64,000 bases of DNA from a virus (Duplodnaviria; Caudoviricetes). The notes below the pieces were generated by a model. That model was not told where the DNA came from. It worked only from the letters and a program-made list of their open reading frames with translations, and did no database searches. A program made the position numbers and the translations under genes. This document shows positions 1 to 9,900 of the stretch, piece after piece. Each line of letters opens with the position of its first letter. Within the stretch, counting starts at the first letter, position 1. The DNA is taken from IMG/VR virus record IMGVR_UViG_3300028805_000057, positions 83,895-147,894 of that record. The stretch is one strand, 5' to 3'.

Positions 1-3
1 TAA

Positions 4-50
4 TCAAAATGGGGTGCTGCGGGTAAGTTACCCGTGGTGCCCTTAATTTT
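4..50 (+). terminator. Intrinsic terminator-like hairpin preceded by TCAAAAT motif
   Basis: ggggtgctgcgggtaa-g-ttacccgtggtgccct inverted repeat followed by taatttt. Confidence 0.6.
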
Positions 51-70
51 AATGGAAGGAGGACGAGATA

Positions 71-415
71 ATGAGATACTTTGCTAAATTAGGTTATAGA
101 TATACTGAAGAACAGAAAGACTCTGAAGGCAGACCTAATGGTATCTATAAAGAGATTTATATTGAAAGACCTTACAAAGCAGAAGTAATGTCATCTGGTT
201 ATCGGAACCAACAAGGCGAAGGTATTAATGATGACTACAAAATAACAAACAAGTTTAGTGTATTAGCTTGTGATGCTTTTACATTATCTCATCTGAATTC
301 TATTATCTGGATTGAATATTTAAATGTCAAATGGAAGGTGACTTCTGTTGATATACAAAGACCCAGATTAATAATTTCAATAGGAGGTGAGTATAATGGC
401 GTTGAGCAAGAATAG
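71..415 (+). CDS. Head-tail adaptor / head-closure protein
   Basis: AGGAGG RBS; C-terminal WKVTSVDIQRPRLIISIGGEYNG typical of siphophage head-closure proteins; position before tail terminator. Confidence 0.7.
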   Translation: MRYFAKLGYRYTEEQKDSEGRPNGIYKEIYIERPYKAEVMSSGYRNQQGEGINDDYKITNKFSVLACDAFTLSHLNSIIWIEYLNVKWKVTSVDIQRPRLIISIGGEYNGVEQE

Positions 416-704
416 AGAAGATTTACATCAAGTACTTCTGACTTATTGTCCTAACGTATATTACCAACCTCCAGAATCAGTGAAACTTAAATTTCCATGC
501 ATAATTTATGCTATGGCTACTTTAAGTCCACAGTATGCTGACAATAATCCATATCTCTTGCATGTATCTTATGATATGAGGTATATTACAAGAGATGCAG
601 ATGATGAAACAGTATATAATTTGGCTCTATTGCCAAAGTGTAAGCATGGTAAAATGTATGCAAAAGATAATTTGTATCATCATTCTTACACAATCTATTA
701 TTAA
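396..704 (+). CDS. Tail terminator / tail completion protein
   Basis: GGAGGTG RBS before ATG 396; NVYYQPPESVKLKFPCIIY motif; directly upstream of major tail protein. Confidence 0.75.
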   Translation: MALSKNREDLHQVLLTYCPNVYYQPPESVKLKFPCIIYAMATLSPQYADNNPYLLHVSYDMRYITRDADDETVYNLALLPKCKHGKMYAKDNLYHHSYTIYY

Positions 705-733
705 AAAATACAGAACAAGGAGGAAAAACAACC

Positions 734-1432
734 ATGGCTAAACTCACATGGGATGAAGCGGCCAATCGTTTATATGAAACTGGTGTCGATCATGTAGTTC
801 TTTTCCCTATGTTTGGTACTACCAAAGCTAATAGTGCTTACGCTAAGGGTGTTGCTTGGAATGGTGTTACAGGTATCACAGAGAATCCTGAAGGTGCAGA
901 TGCAAATGATATCTATGCAGATAACATGAAGTATTTGTCACTGATTTCTGTTGAGAACTGGAAGGCTACTATCAAGGCTTACACTTGGCCCAGAGAATTT
1001 AATAGATGTCAGGGCGAGCTTGAGTATAATGATGGTACTCATATGGGATTGTTCTTTGGTCAGCAGAATCATGAAAGATTTGGTATTGCTTGGAGAACAA
1101 TTCAGGGTAATGCAGTTAAGGGTGATTCTTATGGTTACAAGCTTCATGTTGCTTATGGTCTTACTGCAGCTCCTTCAGAGAAGGATCATGCTACAGTTAA
1201 TGATTCTCCTGAAGCAACAGAGTTCTCATGGGAACTTAACTCAATTCCGGATGCATTTGTAACAACTGAAGATCCTAATACAGGAGAAGTTCTTGCACCT
1301 ACTTCACATATTGTAGTAGATAGTGTATTGAATCCTACTGGATATGCAGCTCTTGAAGCAGCATTATTTGGAACAGTAAGTGCAGATGCATATCTTCCTA
1401 CACCCGATTATTTAGCAACTTTAGTATCTTAA
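734..1432 (+). CDS. Major tail (tube) protein, copy 1
   Basis: YETGVDHVVL..GVAWNGVTGITE.PEGA..NDIYADN.KYL and TVNDSPEA.EFSWE motifs; tail operon position. Confidence 0.85.
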   Translation: MAKLTWDEAANRLYETGVDHVVLFPMFGTTKANSAYAKGVAWNGVTGITENPEGADANDIYADNMKYLSLISVENWKATIKAYTWPREFNRCQGELEYNDGTHMGLFFGQQNHERFGIAWRTIQGNAVKGDSYGYKLHVAYGLTAAPSEKDHATVNDSPEATEFSWELNSIPDAFVTTEDPNTGEVLAPTSHIVVDSVLNPTGYAALEAALFGTVSADAYLPTPDYLATLVS

Positions 1433-1450
1433 TGAAAGGAGAAAGACATC

Positions 1451-2233
1451 ATGGCAGCTTTGGTTTGGGATGCTGATAATGAGAGACTGTTTGAGACTGG
1501 TGTGGATCATGTAGTCCTCTATCTTATGAATGATGACGGCACATATGCTGAGGGTGTTGCATGGAATGGTGTTACCGGTATTACCGAGTCACCTGAAGGT
1601 GCAGATGCTAATGACATATATGCTGACAATATTAAGTATCTTTCTCTGATCTCAAAGGAAGACTGGAAAGGTACTATTAAAGCTTATACTTATCCTAAGG
1701 AATTCAATCAGTGTATGGGTAACTTTGGTGTTGGTTCAACATCTTCAGCTCTTGGTTTCAAGGCTCATGTTGGACAGCAGAAGAGAAAGAAGTTTGCTCT
1801 TTCTTGGAGAACCCGTCTTGGTAATGATACACTTGGTGATAGTTTTGCTTACAAGATTCACATTGCTTGGGGTCTGAGTGCAGCTCCTTCAGAAATGGAT
1901 CATGCTACACAGAATGACTCACCTGAGGCACAGGAATTTAGCTGGGAAATCAGTTCGATTCCTCCTCAGACAAGTGAAAAGATTCCTTATGATGGAACTA
2001 CCACTGCAGCAAACAAGATTGCTGTTCAGCCTTGCGCACATGTATTTGTAGCAAGTAAGATTGTTACATTTGATCAAGTAACAGATGTTGATAATGAAGA
2101 TCTTGCTGCTCTTGAAGCATATCTGTATGGCACTAATGAGTCTGCAGTGGGTGAGGGTGACGATACTCCCGCAAAGGTTCCTACTCTGACAGAACTTATT
2201 CAGGGTTATCCTACAGGCAACTACGGATCGTAA
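1451..2233 (+). CDS. Major tail (tube) protein, copy 2 (paralog)
   Basis: Same motifs as 734..1432 with long near-identical blocks; longer divergent C-terminus. Confidence 0.8.
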   Translation: MAALVWDADNERLFETGVDHVVLYLMNDDGTYAEGVAWNGVTGITESPEGADANDIYADNIKYLSLISKEDWKGTIKAYTYPKEFNQCMGNFGVGSTSSALGFKAHVGQQKRKKFALSWRTRLGNDTLGDSFAYKIHIAWGLSAAPSEMDHATQNDSPEAQEFSWEISSIPPQTSEKIPYDGTTTAANKIAVQPCAHVFVASKIVTFDQVTDVDNEDLAALEAYLYGTNESAVGEGDDTPAKVPTLTELIQGYPTGNYGS

Positions 2234-2252
2234 TTTTACAATTAAATAATTA

Positions 2253-2296
2253 TTATAGGGGGAGCTTGAAATACAGTTTCCCTCTATAATTTTTTT
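2253..2296 (+). terminator. Intrinsic terminator after tail tube genes
   Basis: ttatagggggagct...agtttccctctataa stem followed by T run. Confidence 0.75.
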
Positions 2297-2312
2297 CATT
2301 AAAATATAACTG

Positions 2313-2451
2313 TTCACTGCGTTCAAATTTCAAAATGAATATAAATTGGGCTTTAAATATTAGGTTCAAACGAGACTTCTCACTTCGTTCAAAGTACATT
2401 TTCTTCATTTTTGTTCGGAAAAAAGTAGTTCTCATTTCATTCAAACTAAAA
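2313..2451 (-). repeat. Three copies of the dispersed TTTGAACGAAGTGAGAA-type repeat
   Basis: ttcactgcgttcaaa (2313), ttctcacttcgttcaaa (2377), gtagttctcatttcattcaaactaaaa (2425); related copies elsewhere in window. Confidence 0.65.
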
Positions 2452-2470
2452 GGAGACAAGGAGATATATT

Positions 2471-2938
2471 ATGTTAAAGAAAATAATTAAGTATACAGAT
2501 TTTAATGATAATGCAAGAACACAGGAATTCTATTTCTATCTTTCAAAGAGAGATATTCAAGCACTTGATGCTAAGTATCAGGAAGATGGCGGACTTTCTG
2601 GAAGATTTAACATTATAGTAAATGATAGAGATGCAAGAAGACTTCTTGAAACAGTTGAAGATCTTATTCTTTTATCATATGGTGTTAAGTCAGAAGATGG
2701 TACAAAGTTTAATAAGAGCGAAAAAGTAAGAGAAGACTTTAGATGGTCTGCAGCTTATGAAACTCTGTTTGATGAATTAACAGATATGAAGGATAATACT
2801 GATAAATTCTCAGATTTCCTTAAAAAGATATTACCTAATGATGTTCAGGCACAGATTACAAAAGCAGAATCTGAAGGTAAAGTAGAAATGCCTGAGATCC
2901 TGGCCGAGGCTATTAAGGACACAGAGGCTAATAAATAA
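2471..2938 (+). CDS. Tail assembly chaperone
   Basis: MLKK.I.YTDFN...FYF.L and SYGVKSEDG.KF.KS..F..S.AY..LF.EL pattern; between tail tube and tape measure. Confidence 0.75.
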   Translation: MLKKIIKYTDFNDNARTQEFYFYLSKRDIQALDAKYQEDGGLSGRFNIIVNDRDARRLLETVEDLILLSYGVKSEDGTKFNKSEKVREDFRWSAAYETLFDELTDMKDNTDKFSDFLKKILPNDVQAQITKAESEGKVEMPEILAEAIKDTEANK

Positions 2939-3567
2939 TGCTTGCATTAACAGTCAAAGCTTTTAGTGTGTTTGATGAAGCAACTGAACAATTTATTTCA
3001 GTTGACAAACCAACTAGTCTTCTCTTGGAAAATTCTCTTTATGCTATTGGTGAATGGGAAAAAAAATATAAGAAACCATGGTTTCCAGATAGTAGAGCAA
3101 GTGCTTATGCAAAAAAGAAAGAACAACAAGAAAAAACTCCTGAAGAAATATTGTATTTTATAAAATGTATGATACGATATAAAGATAGAGAGTTAATAAT
3201 AGATGTTAGCGAGATAGATGAAAAATTACTTTATGGTTTAACAGAAGAAGATTTAAAGAAAGTAACAGATTATTTACAAGATAGTCAAACTGCTTTATCG
3301 TCTATTCCTGAAACTAAACCTGATAAGAAACATAAATCAGATCCAATTAGATTAACATCTGATAGAATGTATGCATGGCTTGCAGAATTACAAATACCAT
3401 TTGAAGCTGAGTATTGGAATATTAATAGATTAATGAATGTTATACAAGTAGTTAATTATGATAATACTCCAGATGATAGAAAGAAGAGAGCTAAACCAAT
3501 GGAAGTAGCTCAAGACTACGCAAGAATAAATGAAGAGCGTCTGAAAAAACTCGGCACGAAAGGATAA
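2938..3567 (+). CDS. Second tail assembly chaperone-like protein
   Basis: LENSL.AI.EWE.K.KKP and IPFEAEYWNINRL motifs; TAATG overlap with upstream gene. Confidence 0.65.
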   Translation: MLALTVKAFSVFDEATEQFISVDKPTSLLLENSLYAIGEWEKKYKKPWFPDSRASAYAKKKEQQEKTPEEILYFIKCMIRYKDRELIIDVSEIDEKLLYGLTEEDLKKVTDYLQDSQTALSSIPETKPDKKHKSDPIRLTSDRMYAWLAELQIPFEAEYWNINRLMNVIQVVNYDNTPDDRKKRAKPMEVAQDYARINEERLKKLGTKG

Positions 3568-3573
3568 TTAATT

Positions 3574-3960
3574 ATGATACAGATGACCAGTAAGGGCGAG
3601 TGGAAGAAAACCAGGAAATGGCTTGATAAAGTCGGAAAGCACAAGTTATACTTAAATGAAATGAGAAAGTATGGACAGCGCGGAGTTGAAGCCCTGAAGA
3701 ATGCTACACCTGTCCTTACTGGTACAACTGCTGAATCTTGGTATTATGACATTAGTGAATCCGAGAAAGGCAAATATAAAATTACTTGGTGCAATAGTAA
3801 TGTTGAAGATGAATGGTATAATGTAGCATTATATATACAATTAGGACATGCTACAGGAGCTGGTGTTTGGATTGAAGGTTTGGATTACATTAATCCAGCA
3901 TTAAGATCTATTTTTACAGATCTTGAAAAAGCTGTATGGCAAGAGTACAGTACAAATTAA
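3574..3960 (+). CDS. HK97 gp10-like tail/neck protein
   Basis: ALKNATPVLTGTTA.SW.Y, QLGHATG and G.DYINPAL motifs. Confidence 0.7.
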   Translation: MIQMTSKGEWKKTRKWLDKVGKHKLYLNEMRKYGQRGVEALKNATPVLTGTTAESWYYDISESEKGKYKITWCNSNVEDEWYNVALYIQLGHATGAGVWIEGLDYINPALRSIFTDLEKAVWQEYSTN

Positions 3961-3985
3961 AATCTCTTGAAAGGAGGAAATCAAA

Positions 3986-6900
3986 ATGGTCGATATAGAT
4001 GAAAGAGTCGTGTCTATGAAATTCGACTCAAGCGACTTTGAGAAGAATACTAAATCGACAATGAGCATCTTAGATAAACTTCATGAAAAGTTATCATTTA
4101 AAGATGTTGCTGATAGTGATTCGCTGAACGCCATCACAAATAATGTACAAAAGATGGCAGATAAAGCTTATACAATCGTTGATAGGATGATTGATAAGAT
4201 TAAAGATAATATAGCTAATAAGCTTGTTAATTTCCTTCAAGAGAATACATTAGGACAATTTAAAGCAGGTTTTGATAAGTATGCTGATATGACTACCTCT
4301 GTTGCAACTTTAAGTTCACAAGGTTATGCAATGAAGCGTATTAATGAACAGCTTGCGAGACTAAATTACTTTACAGATGAAACTTCATACAACTTCACTT
4401 CAATGGTTAGTGAAATTGGTAAGTTTACAGCTTCAGGACAATCACTTGAAGATGCTACGACAGCAATGATGGGTATTGCAGAATGGGCAGCACTTTCAGG
4501 TAAGAATGCAAATGAAGCATCAAGAGCAATGTATCAGCTTTCACAAGCTCTTGGTTCTGGTACAATGAGACTGATAGACTATAAGTCAATTCAGAATTTG
4601 AATATGGATACAATCGAGTTCCGAAAGAATGCTATTGAAGCAGCTATTGCAGCAGGAACTCTTAAAGATAATTTAAATGGTACGTTTACATCATTAGTTG
4701 ATAATAAGACAACATTTGCTATTCAAAACTTCGCCGAATCATTAAGTGGTAAATGGTTTAATAGTAAAGTAATGATGGAAACATACAAGAAATATTCTGA
4801 TGCAGTTGATGAAATTAGAGCAATATATGAAGAAGGTACTTATACAACACTTGCCGGTGATGAAAAAGATATAAATACAACTGCAGATGCTGTTAAACTT
4901 GTTAAAGAAAATAATGAAGAACTTATTAAAAGGTTTAGAGAAGCTAATAAAAAATTAACTAGTGATCAGATTGATGACTTTCTGAAAAAATGGAAGAAAG
5001 TTGAAAAAGTCACTGGTATGACAGTTAAAGATTATGCCAAAATGCATGAAATTTCTGAAGAAGAAGCCAAAACTATGATGGCTGCTAAAGAGAAAGGTTA
5101 TGCAGAATATTTAAAAGAGTATGCAGAAGTATTTAAAGAAACTGAACAAAGTGCAGAAGAAGCTCTTGAAGATTGGCATACATATGTTTCAACTTATGGT
5201 ATTAAAGCATTTGAAGCAGCTCAGGAAGCAAAGACATTTAGAGATGCTATTGAATCTGCTAAGGATGCAGCAAGTACTGTTTGGACAACTATTTATACAG
5301 AAGTATTTGGTAATTATGAAGAAGCAAAAGAGCTTTGGACTGATTTGGCAAATGCTTTATATGAAATATTTGTAAATCGTTTGTGGGATCTTGAAGGTAT
5401 CTTTAATTATTGGAAAGATGGATACGAAAAAGATGCTGAAAAGCAAATAAAAACTCTTAAAGAAGAATATGACAAGTTAACTGCTAATGGTGCTCCTGCA
5501 GATGTATATGGTAGACAACGTGTCGAAGAAATAAAAAAAGAAATGGCTGAAATTCAAGCACAATTGGATACTGGTTTATTAAATGGTAGACGAGTATTAT
5601 TTCAAGGTTTGTATGCGTTTGGTGGTGGTTTAAAAAGCGTTATACAAAATTTTAGAGATGCTTGGAATGGATTATTTGATGAAAATGAGAGTGCTAAAAA
5701 GTTATTTAATTTAAGTGAACGTATCAGATATGATGGTTTTAGATTCTATGATATGCTTACTAATAAAGAAACTGGTTTAGTTGCTACTGATTTTTATAAA
5801 AATATTGCACAAGGTATAAAGAATTTATTTGCTCCATTTAAAGGTGCTATAGAAGTAATTAAAGCTGTTATTAATTCATTCTTACCTGCTAGAAAAACAA
5901 CTAAGGATATACTTGTTTCATTATCTGAAGCATTTAAGAATTTTACAGAGAAACTTGTACCTAGTCAAGAAACTTTACAGAAGATTGCAAAGATATTAAG
6001 AGGTGTAGTTTCTGTTATACGTTTAATTGCAAAAGCAGCATATGGTTTATGGACTGCTATAATTAAACCAATTCTTAGTGTATTGTTTGATGGTTTAGGA
6101 AGTATAATTGGATTCTTAACAGATATACTAGCTTCAATGGCAGATGGTTTCTATGGATTTGAAAATGCTATAGGACCAATGGAAGCTTTACAGGTTGTTG
6201 CTGAAGCTGTTCAATGGGCATTTGAAGGAATTCTCGAAATACTCAAATCAGTTGCTGGTGTGATTTGGGATATATTTGGACCTGCAATTAGCTTTGTAGT
6301 TGGTATATTTAAAGATTTATTTAATAAAGCTAAAAATTTATTTAGTGGTGAAAAAGGTAATGTCTTTAAGAATATTGGTAATGGATTCAAGAATGTTACA
6401 AGTAGAGCTAAAGATGCTTGGAAGTCAACTGAAACCTTTGCTGATGTTTTTAATAGATTTAAAGAAGGTAAAGGCATAAGTAATGTTGTTGAATTACTTG
6501 GTGCTTTACTCGATAACTTTGTTACAAGAATTGGTAGAACTGTAATCGCAATATTCGGTCTTGAAGATGTTATAACAAATGAAAATGGTAAAATTGGAGC
6601 AGCATTCAGTGATCTTAAGAGCTCATTAAGTGGTGTTGCTACAATATTTAAATGGATTTATACAAATGTTATACGACCTACATTACAGGTAGCATTTACT
6701 GGTCTTGCTAATTGCATAAGAGATATTGGCGAAGCTTGGAAATCTGGCGACGTTATGAGAATTATGCAAATATTAACTCAAGCATTTAAGACCATCGGTA
6801 GTTTTCAATTATTTAAAGTATTACAAGCTTTAAGTAGATCATTTGGTTCTGCTGGTATTCTTAGAGTATTAAGAAATGGTGCCAAAGCATTAAAGAGTTT

Positions 6901-9900
6901 ATCAAAATGGTTGGGTGCAAAAGCAGTAAATGAAGTATCAAGTGCTATCTTTAAGTTAGTATTAGCATTTAGTATGTTACTTGGTGTGCTTACTGCAATG
7001 TCTTTCTTACCTGCAGAAAACTTAGAGAGAGTATCGGGTTTATTGTTAAATGCTGGTATTGCTCTTGGTGTTATGATGGTTGCAATGACTACACTTTCGA
7101 TTGTCGCAACTAAGACAAGATGGGGATTAGTAGGCATAGCAGGTTCAATGATTGCAATAGTTGCAGCTACTTGGACGTTTATATTTGTAATTGAGAAAAT
7201 AAGACAAGCTATAGAAAGATTTAAAGACGAAACTGAAGGATTCGGTGGAATTTTAGTTGCTATAGCTCCTATTATTGCAGTATTAGCAGCGATGTTTATT
7301 GTATTTAAAGCAGCTGCAAAGATCGGTAATAGTGGTGGACTATTAGCATTTAGTGCCGGTGTAATGGCATTAGGTGTTGCTGTATTTGCTATGGTATTTG
7401 CACTTGATAAGATGGTTACTTTCTTACAAGATAATACTGCTGAAAATGTTATTTCCGCTATTTTAGTAACTGTAGCTATTATGACAACTGTTGCTTTAGC
7501 TAGTGGTTTAATGTTAAGATTAGTTGGTAAGAGTTTCCAAAATATTAGTAAATCAGCTGGAGCAATTGCTATGGCTGTTGCTATAGTAACTGTAGCATTA
7601 ACTACTGCTTTAATTGTTATACCATTACTTGAAGAAATGGTTCAAAATAGTGATAGATTCCCTGAATATGTAGAAGCTTTGGCAATATTTACAGCAACAA
7701 TGATATCAATCAGTGGTTCTTTTGCATTAATGACAAGTAGAACTAAGGGTGGTTTCCACATGTTAGCTGCTGGTATTGTATTTAATATATTTGCTAAAAC
7801 TATTTCAAATATAATAATGCCATTATTAGAATCTCTTAAAGGTTTAGATTTTACTGAGTATCTTGGTGGTATATTAGCATTAGGTATGATGATGGTTGCC
7901 ATTTCATATAGTATTAAATTAGTTATGGAAGGCGTTGCTGAAATAGTTAAAGCTATTAGTAAGATTAATTGGAAGAGTTGGTTTGCTATAATATTAAGTA
8001 CTGGTGCTGTTATAGCTGGTATTATGTTATTAGCAAGTTATTTGGAAAATAATAAAACTGAAGTTAGTGCTGGTGTAATAATTGGTGTTATTGGCACTGC
8101 TTTAGCTGTAATACTTGGATTTGGTTTATTTGCAGAAATGTTAATGAAGATAACAAATCAAAATCTGAATAATAGCATTTCTCAATTAGCTGCTGTATTT
8201 AAATGGATGACTGCTTTCATTACATCAATAGTAGTTGGTTTGGCTGGCACAATGGCTTTATTAAAGTTATTATATGACGGTAATGAAATGGAAGCATTAA
8301 GTCGTATGGCAATATTTGCTGGTATTGTTTTAGCTACTATTGGTCTTACATTATTGATGTTTGGTAAATTTATTAAATCGGTAAGTCAAAAATTATCACT
8401 TATACCCGATGCAAATTTAACAAAAGTAAGGAATTTATTAATTACTATATTTGCTGGTATGGTTGGTATAATGCTTGCTTTAGTAACATATACTATAGTA
8501 ATTGATGATACTTTCTCAAGATGGGAAGAATATGCAGCTCCATTAGCGACTATTGTTGCTACGATGTTAATTGTAACAGGAGGAATCTTAGCAGAAATTG
8601 CAGCATTTATTAATTTCTTACCAACACTTGAATTTAATAAGAGTGCTGTTACTATTGTTATTTCAACATTAGCGGCTGTATTATTAGATATATTAGCTAT
8701 TGGATTGATATTAATTCCTTCATTTGAAAAGATGAGAGATGTTGATTGGAGAGTTGTATTATCATTACTAGCTGGCATTGCTCTGATTATATTCTCCATA
8801 TCAATGCTAACTGTCGCGGCTGCAAGAACAACAACTTGGGAAAAGACTTTAGAAGCATTAGTAGTAGCATTAGGTACATTGGCGGCTATTGCGGTATTCC
8901 TTCCTGCTATTGCAAAAGCATTTGAAGCAATGAAAGGTATCGGATGGACTGAGTTTGCAGTATTAATGTTAGGTTTCTTAATTCCTTTTGTTGCTGTACT
9001 TATAGCTGTTAAATCAATGACAGAAATTGCTCCTAAATTTGCTGCAGCTGCTGGCAATATTGCTTTAGGATTTATTGCGATTGCCGCTGCGATTGCTGCA
9101 GTAGCTATTGCTATTGGATTACTTAAAGAAATGTTCTCACCTGGTAGTACATTAATTGGTCAAATGCTAATGAAGGGTGAAGCAGAAGGTATTAAGAAAG
9201 GCTCTAAAGAAGTATATGATGAAAATGAAAAAGCTCAGGAAGGATTACTTGAACAAACTGAAGAGATTGACCAAATAAATTCACCCTCTAAGAAATTTAG
9301 ATACTATGGTAAGATGATTGATAAAGGTCTTGCTCAAGGTATTACTAAAAATAGAAGAGTTGCAATTAAAGCTGCGACTGCTCTTGCTATATTTACTAAT
9401 GATGGATTCTGTGAAGAACTTGGTATTGCATCACCTTCAAAAGTATTCTATGAGAATGGTCGATTTGTTGTTAGAGGTTTCATTAATGGTTTAAATGATG
9501 AAAGTAATAAGAACAAGAAGGCTGGTGCTGATATGGCCGAAGGCTTTACTGAAGGTATGGACAATATGATGGATGGAATGAAAGATAAATGGTCCGGATT
9601 ATGGTCTGAACTTGGCATGGATGAAGATATTAAGAAGGCTATTGAAGAAGGTACTGAAGGTGCTGGATCAGTATTTGCTAATGGTTTACTTGATGAATTA
9701 ACGGGTGAAGATAGCACTATTGTAAGTCAATTAAGTGCCGCTGAAGCTCAAGAGTTATCAAGACTTAAAGGCATACAAGCTGAGCGAGATAAAGCACTTA
9801 AAGAATTTGATAGAAGTTGGTCTGGTCCTCATGATGAAAGTTATACATCTACAAAACAAAAATTATCAGATAGTTACGGAAAGAATCTTGATGCACAAAT

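Noticed and set aside
2900-2945. Programmed frameshift between tail assembly chaperones
   Set aside because: No XXXYYYZ slippery site visible at the end of the first ORF; the second has its own ATG in a TAATG overlap.
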